32,000 nt of DNA from Thermofilum pendens Hrk 5 (GTDB lineage: Archaea; Thermoproteota; Thermoprotei; Thermofilales; Thermofilaceae), in the NCBI RefSeq assembly GCF_000015225.1, contig NC_008698.1, positions 1,260,001 through 1,292,000 of the forward strand, in the 5' to 3' direction. The notes beneath the pieces are model-generated. The model ran no database searches. It saw only the letters and a list, made by a program, of their open reading frames with translations, and had not been told where the DNA came from. Of the stretch, positions 8,076 to 15,471 are shown piece after piece (position 1 is the first letter of the stretch; each line of letters starts with the position of its first letter). A program made the translations under genes and the position numbers.

Positions 8076-9058
8076 CCCCTCGCGATCGCGACCCTCAAGA
8101 CCCCCTTGCCGACGGTCTCCTTGCCCCCGACGACCAGGTACCCGTTCATCGCGCCCAGAATGCTCCTCAGCTTGCCCCACGCGGACTCGTAGAGCCTGAG
8201 CTGGGCCTCGTACCGCCCGGCCTCCAGGAGCCCCCTCAGCTTCTCGAAGTCCTTCACCATGACCGCGCCTACGAGCAGGGAGCCGTACGGGAGGTACTCC
8301 TCGCTCCACAGCGCCCCCCTCTCCACGGTCTTCGTGGCGTCGCTGAGCCTGTTCCTGTAGACAACCTGGAGCGCCCCGTTCACCACGCTCCGGCCGACCC
8401 CGTCCGGGAGGACGACGAGGTTCCCGAACACCTTCTTGTAGGAGTACAGCACGTTCAGAGAGCGAAGCGCGTCGTCGAGCCCCCCGGGGAACTCCAGCTC
8501 CCGGGACACCCTGACGCGGCTCCCCGAGACGTACACGGCGCCGTCAACCGCAACCCCCTTCGACGCCGCCGCCTCACCCTCGCCCAGGCTAGACCCCGCC
8601 TCCACGACCTCCACCAGGGCTTTCTCGAAGGCCTCCAGCGGGAAGGCCAGCGACTCCACCCCCTCGAAGCCGCGCAGCCTCTTCACGACGTCGACGTACC
8701 CGGCGACCCTGGACGCCAGGTAGGGGGTAGTCACGTACACGATGCCCCTCCGCACGCTCGGCACGGGGACAGCCAGCAACGACAAACCCGTGACGACTGC
8801 CAAGCCCGGCACGGTCGGAGACTCCTCGGGCTCGGAGCCGAAAAACCCCTTAGCCTCGACGCCCACGGACCTCAACAGGAAACCCTTCAACGCGCCCTTA
8901 ACACTGGAGCCCCACACCTCCGGGTAGCCGAGCGAGTCCCTCTGAACAGGCAAGTCCACGAAGCCGTAGCCACGCCCACTACCGGCGTGCACGGGAGTAT
9001 ACGCGGAGGCGAGCAAAAGGTAGCCGTACTCGTAGTCAGATACAACGAACACCCCCAT
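8072..9058 (-). CDS. cmr4: Cmr4 (crRNA-backbone RAMP, target-RNA nuclease subunit)
   Basis: YTPVHAGSGRGYGFVDLPVQRDSLGYPEVWGSSVKGALKG is the canonical Cmr4 N-terminal signature and includes the catalytic-position Asp in VDLPVQR. I place the start at ATG 9058 (MGVFVVSDYEYGY...) rather than the track TTG at 9154, because a TATA box lies about 25-30 nt upstream of 9058. Confidence 0.85.
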   Translation of the reverse strand: MGVFVVSDYEYGYLLLASAYTPVHAGSGRGYGFVDLPVQRDSLGYPEVWGSSVKGALKGFLLRSVGVEAKGFFGSEPEESPTVPGLAVVTGLSLLAVPVPSVRRGIVYVTTPYLASRVAGYVDVVKRLRGFEGVESLAFPLEAFEKALVEVVEAGSSLGEGEAAASKGVAVDGAVYVSGSRVRVSRELEFPGGLDDALRSLNVLYSYKKVFGNLVVLPDGVGRSVVNGALQVVYRNRLSDATKTVERGALWSEEYLPYGSLLVGAVMVKDFEKLRGLLEAGRYEAQLRLYESAWGKLRSILGAMNGYLVVGGKETVGKGVLRVAIARG

Positions 9059-9081
9059 ACAGCTAAAAAACCGAAAAACCA

Positions 9082-9089
9082 CTATAAAT
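9082..9089 (-). promoter_or_regulatory. TATA box of the cmr operon
   Basis: The minus strand reads ATTTATAG followed by 23 nt and then the cmr4 ATG at 9058. This is the archaeal TATA-to-start spacing expected for a leaderless or short-leader mRNA. Confidence 0.5.
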
Positions 9090-9121
9090 CCTTGTTGAAA
9101 AGGAGCACAGACACCAGAACC

Positions 9122-9388
9122 CACGCGAAAACTAGCCGCAAACCCGCATTTCAACCCTTAAAGCCTCTGCTTGGGAAGGCTTATAAAGCGTTGACGGTGT
9201 CAATTTTAAGAGTTTTTCGGGGATTTCTCCCTTGCCAGGCCTTCCCGTCGGATTGGCATGACGGCGTCATTTATTAAAGCTTTTCGGGGATTTGTTCTCG
9301 ACGGGAAGAAGGGAACAGAAAACGTTTTATACCGCCACAGAGAAATGTTAAGCAGGGCTTCGGGAAAAGGCTCCCACAAACCCCCTCA
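9122..9388 (+). promoter_or_regulatory. CRISPR leader copy L2 (serves array 2), inverted relative to L1
   Basis: Its reverse complement aligns with L1, L3 and L4 over its full length and is nearly identical to L4. TGAC-N3-GTCA palindromes lie at 9192-9202 and 9259-9269. TATA-like TTTTATA at about 9324-9330 lies about 60 nt upstream of the first repeat. Confidence 0.85.
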
Positions 9389-10964
9389 GTTCAAAATCAG
9401 CAAGACTAAGAGAGCAAATACTCCCAGATATCCATGTCATCTTTCCTGGTTCAAAATCAGCAAGACTAAGAGTCAAGAAGCTCGCTTACACGCTCATTAA
9501 CAACGTCTGTTCAAAATCAGCAAGACTAAGAGTGGACGTTTACGGGCCGGAGGTTGACCCTGAGGCAAGTTCAAAATCAGCAAGACTAAGAGTGGAGAAG
9601 AGTTGCTTTGCAATAGTGAACACGTTCAAAATCAGCAAGACTAAGAGCACCGGGTTTTAGCACAAAGCTTGGCATAAAAGCGTTCAAAATCAGCAAGACT
9701 AAGAGCCTGACAGCCGGCGTTAGAAGCAAAACCCCGACCGCGTACCGTTCAAAATCAGCAAGACTAAGAGCCAACGTAGTTTTACCCACACCTGTATCGG
9801 CGGTTCAAAATCAGCAAGACTAAGAGTAGAAAAGGTGCCGGTCGATAAGGGCAAATAGTTCAAAATCAGCAAGACTAAGAGAGAAAGATAACGTTAAGAC
9901 GTAATATAAACGTTAGGTTCAAAATCAGCAAGACTAAGAGATGGACTCGTACTCTACCCTGCTAACAGGGTACTTCCGTTCAAAATCAGCAAGACTAAGA
10001 GAAAAGAAAACAACAACAAAAAAAGAAAAGGTTTACGTTCAAAATCAGCAAGACTAAGAGTTACTTCGTCTAAATCTCTCTCTCGCGCGCGCGAGTTCAA
10101 AATCAGCAAGACTAAGAGGCGCATGTGGCCGCCGAGCTGTTGCGCCGTTTGTTCAAAATCAGCAAGACTAAGAGGGGGTCACCCGGGAGAAGGTCTAGCT
10201 CAGAGAGTATTGTTCAAAATCAGCAAGACTAAGAGAGGTCGAAATGGTTATCATTGAGCAGCATCCGCAATAGGTTCAAAATCAGCAAGACTAAGAGGAA
10301 TGAACGTCGTCTTTCCGCAGCCTGTTGATCCTATGAGTTCAAAATCAGCAAGACTAAGAGAGGCGCAGTACAATTCGTGGCTAGAATCGCGGCTAGGTTC
10401 AAAATCAGCAAGACTAAGAGTGCACAATGGGTACGCAAACCTCCTAGAAATTTGTTCAAAATCAGCAAGACTAAGAGTAGCGCTCCTCGCGGCTAGCTGT
10501 TTCCTCACGTTCACGTTCAAAATCAGCAAGACTAAGAGTGCTTATCGTTTCAAGAGCGCCGCACTTAGTAGTTCAAAATCAGCAAGACTAAGAGAACCAT
10601 GCGAGGTCTAACCCGTAGTTGACTACTGCGCGTTCAAAATCAGCAAGACTAAGAGCTACTAGGGGAGAGCGCGAGAGAGGTAAGAGAGCCTGTTCAAAAT
10701 CAGCAAGACTAAGAGAACCTGAGGGGCCATGCGATGCTTGAGACGCCGTGTTCAAAATCAGCAAGACTAAGAGGAGGCGGCGTTGAAGAGGTCGCCGAGG
10801 TCTAGCGCTAGTTCAAAATCAGCAAGACTAAGAGGTGAGCTCGGCGCGTTTCCCCTCCTTCCTCGGCTCTCCCTCGTTCAAAATCAGCAAGACTAAGAGC
10901 GCAGACGCTGAGGGACTGGCTCCAGAACGGGTTACCTTCGGTTCAAAATCAGCAAGACTAAGAG
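9389..10964 (+). CRISPR. CRISPR array 2: 27 repeats, 26 spacers
   Basis: There are 27 identical copies of GTTCAAAATCAGCAAGACTAAGAG, the first at 9389 and the last at 10941. Spacers are 31-41 nt. The leader lies to the left, so the array is read on the plus strand. Confidence 0.97.
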
Positions 10965-11170
10965 GCTTAATTTTTGACAAGACCTTTCTTGCCGCAGGAG
11001 CTCTTCGGCTCTTCCTGCGCATTCAAGGAGGAGGCGCGTGCCTTGTTCGAGGTGGCTACCCGTAGGTGTCTGCGCGTAGGCTGGAGAAACGGGCGCCGAG
11101 AGGTTCGGGAACCGCTCCTCGCATCGTCAGTCTAGGATAAGGTTGAGGCAGTTTTAGCGGAAAGATTGGG

Positions 11171-11220
11171 CTCTAAAAATTGATTGAATTGATCGTTTTT
11201 CTAAACTTTTCACGATTTTT
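11171..11220. terminator. AT-rich zone with oligo-T tracts on both strands, between the convergent arrays 2 and 3
   Basis: T5 at 11196-11200, T4 at 11207-11210 and T5 at 11216-11220 lie on the plus strand. A5 at 11175-11179 gives T5 on the minus strand. Oligo-T tracts are the usual archaeal termination signal. The function here is inferred only. Confidence 0.3.
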
Positions 11221-11259
11221 CGAACAAGAATATTAGAGAATGCAACCTCTTCTGTTACC

Positions 11260-13333
11260 CTCTTACACTTGCTGATTTTGAACAGAGCATGGAGAAAGCC
11301 GAGAAAAGTAAAGAAACCTCTCTTAGTCTTGCTGATTTTGAACACGCTTCCCAATACGCGCGCGGCACGCTCAGCGCTCTTAGTCTTGCTGATTTTGAAC
11401 GAGCTCAATACCTCACTCTGTACGTCCACTGCTCGCCTCTTAGTCTTGCTGATTTTGAACACAAGCTCGACGCCGTTTTGGTCCCGTCCGGCTTCCTCTT
11501 AGTCTTGCTGATTTTGAACGTGTGCATGTATGGTTTATTACTAATTCTTTTGAGCCGGACAACACGGACAACTTCTCTTAGTCTTGCTGATTTTGAACTG
11601 GTCCTCCTGTCCACGTTGGGGGGCGGGGCGAGCTTCTCTTAGTCTTGCTGATTTTGAACACGCACATAGGCGCGGTGATGCTGTGGAGGAGGCCTCTTAG
11701 TCTTGCTGATTTTGAACGGCTTCTGCACGAAATAGTGCCAAAACGTTTGCTCTCTTAGTCTTGCTGATTTTGAACGAGGCGAAGGGGTTGGGCTTTTTCT
11801 TAAAGCTTGAGGTCTCTTAGTCTTGCTGATTTTGAACTGAAGAAACGGGACTACCCGCACGCGAAACATGGCTCGCGCTCTTAGTCTTGCTGATTTTGAA
11901 CGCGGCCTCCAGTTCCATGACGCGTAGACGTCCCCTCTTAGTCTTGCTGATTTTGAACTCGATCCTTCAGCGCGCCGTGTGGTTACGCGCATAAAATCTC
12001 TTAGTCTTGCTGATTTTGAACTTGACCCTGCCCAGCGTCGTGTGCTAGCCAAGCTCTTAGTCTTGCTGATTTTGAACATTGACGGATTGCTCGCGCGCGT
12101 TCACGCACTCACACCTCTTAGTCTTGCTGATTTTGAACAGATGAACGAGAGGTCTGGCCCCAGAATAAGAGTACTCTTAGTCTTGCTGATTTTGAACTGT
12201 AGCCGACGTACACGATGGCCCCCTCCGGGGCGGCTCTTAGTCTTGCTGATTTTGAACACGTAGACCCTGAAGCCGAGCTTCCTGAGCCTCCCTCTTAGTC
12301 TTGCTGATTTTGAACTGAGAAAAATGAAAGCAGAATTCAGCGTTTCAAAATCACTCTTAGTCTTGCTGATTTTGAACTTCGACCTCCTCCTCGGGCACCT
12401 CGACGGCATGGACTCTTAGTCTTGCTGATTTTGAACGCGCCGTAATCGTGAAGGCGCTGTCGCAGACCCTCCTCTTAGTCTTGCTGATTTTGAACAGGCT
12501 CTGGCACGGTTTTTGGCTAGGCGGCTTTACTCTTAGTCTTGCTGATTTTGAACACGCGTGGTTGCTCCTAGCGGACGTTGTTTCGCGCAACAGCTCTTAG
12601 TCTTGCTGATTTTGAACAGATAACTCGCTATCTGAACCAGAATCTCGTCTCTTAGTCTTGCTGATTTTGAACTAGCGGGTACGGGTGTAGCACGTGCGCG
12701 TTGCTTACTCTTAGTCTTGCTGATTTTGAACTCGCTCTTACTTGCGCACTCTTTGAGCGCCATCTCCCTTATCCTCTTAGTCTTGCTGATTTTGAACCCG
12801 CGGCGACTACTTCTCCTCGCGGCTCCCCAGGCTCCTCTTAGTCTTGCTGATTTTGAACGTTATGGTTAAGAGGTCTGAGGAAGTGGTTAACATCTCTTAG
12901 TCTTGCTGATTTTGAACTAAAAGATTTATACATGTGGTGTGTAAACTATCACTCTTAGTCTTGCTGATTTTGAACACGCTGAAACGTGCACGGCAAATAA
13001 TCGACGACTACTCTTAGTCTTGCTGATTTTGAACCGACCCAAAATGAGCACGAGATTGATAGACCTGCACACTCTTAGTCTTGCTGATTTTGAACGCCGG
13101 TGTACCAGAGCCTGATGCAACGATAATGTCCCTTCTCTTAGTCTTGCTGATTTTGAACGTGGCGGCGACGGGACAGACGCTTTACGCAAGCGCTCTTAGT
13201 CTTGCTGATTTTGAACTGGCCGGGGGAATCAGCGTTGAAGAATTCTTTACTCTTAGTCTTGCTGATTTTGAACGTGGACCTGACCTACCGATGCCGTGGG
13301 CAAAGGAGGCTCTTAGTCTTGCTGATTTTGAAC
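11260..13333 (-). CRISPR. CRISPR array 3: 35 repeats, 34 spacers
   Basis: The repeat CTCTTAGTCTTGCTGATTTTGAAC (+ strand) runs from 11260 to 13310. The copy at 11260 is degenerate (CTCTTACACTTGCTGATTTTGAAC). Spacers are 31-42 nt, plus one 55-nt outlier at 11520-11574. The leader lies on the right, downstream of cas1. Confidence 0.97.
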
Positions 13334-13587
13334 TGAGGGGTTTGCGGGAGCTTCTTCCCGCAAATCCGGGTTTTATTTCTCTGTGGAGGTATAAAAGATT
13401 AACTCCTCCCCTCTTCCCGTTGGGAAGAAATCCCCGAAAAACTTTTATAAATGACGCCGTCATGCCAATTCGACGGGAAAGCCTGGCAAGGGAGAAATCC
13501 CCGAAAAACTCTTAAAATTGACACCGTCAACGCTTTATAAGCCTTCCCAGGCAGAGGCTTTAAGGGTTGAAATGCGGGTTTGCGGCT
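13334..13587 (-). promoter_or_regulatory. CRISPR leader copy L3 (serves array 3)
   Basis: Homologous to L1, L2 and L4. TGAC-N3-GTCA palindromes lie at 13452-13462 and 13519-13529, and GCTTTATAAGCC lies at 13532-13543. It sits 38 nt from the cas1 stop codon. Confidence 0.85.
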
Positions 13588-13625
13588 GGGTGTTTCTGCT
13601 TTGGGGTCTGGGGGCTGGGGTTGCT

Positions 13626-14609
13626 TTACTCGTGTATTATGTAGCGCTTTTTGTCCCACGTGAAGGCGAGTTTTTCTCTGCTACACTTGCCTTCCAGGTG
13701 TTTTGCGAGGCAGAATGCCTTCAGGTGTATCTGCTGGTAGGGTGTTTTCCCGGTTTCCCTGTGCTTGGCTGAGAGGTACCTGTAGAGCCTCTTCATGGCC
13801 TTGTTGAGGGAGTCTTTGTCGAGGTCGCCGTCTTCGCTCAGCGTTGGGAGGCCTTCCTCGTTTACGAGGTCCAGCGCGGCTTCCACTGCTAAGGGCTTGA
13901 AGGCTTCGGCGTAGTCGAACGCTAGCGGCACGCTGTACTGGGTTCTGTGCAGGAAGCCGTAGGTGGGGTCTAGCCCGGCGGCTACGAGTGCTTTCGTCGA
14001 GAGCGTGTAGAGGACTGCGTACATGGCGGAGATAGCCTTGTTGAGGGGGTCCGGGTGCCCGGGCTTCCTCCCCGCGAAGCCGTATCTCTCTCTGAGCTCC
14101 CTGGCCGCGGATGGGTCCAGTAGCTTGAAGACCTCGTCCCAGAGGGTGTTCGAGGCGGCGGCCTCCCAGGATCTTATGTCCGATTCGAGCCTCGCCGGGT
14201 CTTCGTAGAGCGCTGGGTCGGGAGGCTCGGGGAGCGCGGGGAGCCTTCCCCCGCGGTTCCTGATTATGCTCGCCATTCCGCGCACCCTGGACTTGAGGTA
14301 TTCGAGCGCGATTGCGAGCGCCTTGTTCTTCGGCAACGTGTACTGGAGGGCCCTGTAGTTGTTATACTTCGTCCCGACAGGGTTCAGTAGCACAGCGACG
14401 TGCCCCTTCGCGAGTATCGAGAGAGGTATGCCGTGGAGCGCCAACACGGGCGGGAGGGAGGACGATATCTTGATCCCAGAGCCCACGACGAGGACTGCGT
14501 CGACGTCCCTGAGAGCCCGCTCGAACACCCTGTTCCCGGACTTGATCACCACCGTGCTCCTGCTACTCACGGTCACCTCGTCTACGCCGCGTAGCACGAG
14601 CAACCTCAT
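13626..14609 (-). CDS. cas1: Cas1 integrase
   Basis: [33 protein letters not shown] matches the Cas1 catalytic-core pattern G(f/i)lH ... D..E.fRp. The N-terminal beta region is [17 protein letters not shown] place the start at ATG 14609 (327 aa), just after the cas4 stop, rather than at the track start 14690. Confidence 0.9.
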
Positions 14610-14610
14610 C

Positions 14611-15222
14611 CTAGACCAGCCTGTACGGGCACACGTGTACCAGTTCGCAGAGGCTACAAAGGTTGGGAGAGAGCGCCGCGCCCCCTTCAAGCCCGAAGAC
14701 GCGCCGCAGGATCCTCTCCTGGTCGACGCTGGAGACCAGCTTGTAGATTAGCTCGCGTGGCGATACTACGACGACGAGTACAGGCAGCCTTCTCTCGTAG
14801 TAGAGGGCCAGCCCCCGCAACAGGGCCTGCCACGGCTTCGCGACGTTTATCCTAGACGAGGAGACCTCTAGGTACAGCGTTAGGAGCCTTCCCTTGAGCG
14901 CTAACGTGCAGACAGCGTCCGCCTTGGACAGCGCGCAGAGGGTTTCCTCGCCCCTCCTGAACCCTATGCGGTGCTCGTACTCTTCTTCGCAATCGAGCAC
15001 CGCGTAATCTAGATCTTCTGCTACTTCCTTAGCCGCGGAGAGAACGGCTCTGTGTCTTTTCTTGGACTCCTCGGCGGTCGGGTACTCGAACTGGTCTAGG
15101 GGTGCTGAGCCGTGCCAGAGTAGCTGCATGGCGTGGGGGCACAGTATGCCCCATGCTAGCTGGTTGAGCCTAGTATACTTCGTATTTTCGCTCCGACACG
15201 ATGTAGTAATCTCTGCCGTCAA
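14611..15222 (-). CDS. cas4: Cas4-like RecB-family protein with atypical motifs; start uncertain
   Basis: The C-terminal [11 protein letters not shown] (C-x2-C-x5-C) together with the N-terminal GILCPH supply the Cas4 Fe-S cysteines. The SKADAV motif supplies the RecB Asp. TTG at 15222 is the most downstream in-frame start that keeps the CPH cysteine. ATG alternatives are at 15246 and 15129. The track start 15432 runs through cas2. Confidence 0.7.
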
Positions 15223-15451
15223 ATACGTGTGCCCTCTGGTATTCATCTTCTCTAACAACGATGACGAACACCGAATCGCCTTCTTCAACGATTTCTTTAG
15301 CTCGCTCTGCCACGAGCTCTGCTGTAGTAGCTGTTCCAGGCCCAGCGTAGACGCTTCTGTTAACTCTTGCGAGGCCCAGCCTCCTAAGATATCTGCGCAG
15401 TCTGCCTCTCCTGTCTTCGTCGGAGATGTCATAGGCGACGATCACTATCAC
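15170..15451 (-). CDS. cas2: Cas2
   Basis: 93 aa. (M)IVIVAYDISDEDRRGRLRRYLRRLGLARVNRSVY is a canonical Cas2 N-terminus, with the catalytic-position Asp in YDIS. The start is GTG. Confidence 0.9.
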   Translation of the reverse strand: MIVIVAYDISDEDRRGRLRRYLRRLGLARVNRSVYAGPGTATTAELVAERAKEIVEEGDSVFVIVVREDEYQRAHVFDGRDYYIVSERKYEVY

Positions 15452-15471
15452 GGTGAATACCGCTCCCCGGG

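Noticed and set aside
9059-9154. The ORF track implies N-terminal extensions for several genes: cmr4 to 9154, cmr5 to 8309, cas1 to 14690, cas4 to 15432 and the small membrane gene to 25700.
   Set aside because: The extensions run into the conserved leader, into upstream genes, or into an AT-rich intergenic region. Internal starts fit the TATA spacing, the 4-nt overlaps and the family N-termini better.
10478-10514. A 12-nt exact match (CTCCTCGCGGCT) occurs between the array 2 spacer at 10478-10514 and the array 3 spacer at 12798-12834.
   Set aside because: The flanks do not match. With about 2.7 kb of spacer sequence compared on both strands, a single 12-mer match is roughly what chance would produce.
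10965-11060. I looked for an additional degenerate terminal repeat or leader remnant after the last repeat of array 2 (for example CATTCAAGGAGGAGG at about 11018).
   Set aside because: Only about 6 of 24 positions can be aligned to the repeat, and there is no similarity to the leader family.
13518-13772. Possible small protein genes start in the leader-distal block. These are the mini-ORF ATG CGG GTT TGC GGC (MRVCG), the 84-aa ORF 13518..13772, ORF 877..1101 and ORF 22661..22894.
   Set aside because: The ATG is conserved, but the ORF is 5 codons long in L2 and L4, 66 codons in L3, and in a different frame in L1. There is no conserved product, so the conservation is at the DNA or RNA level.
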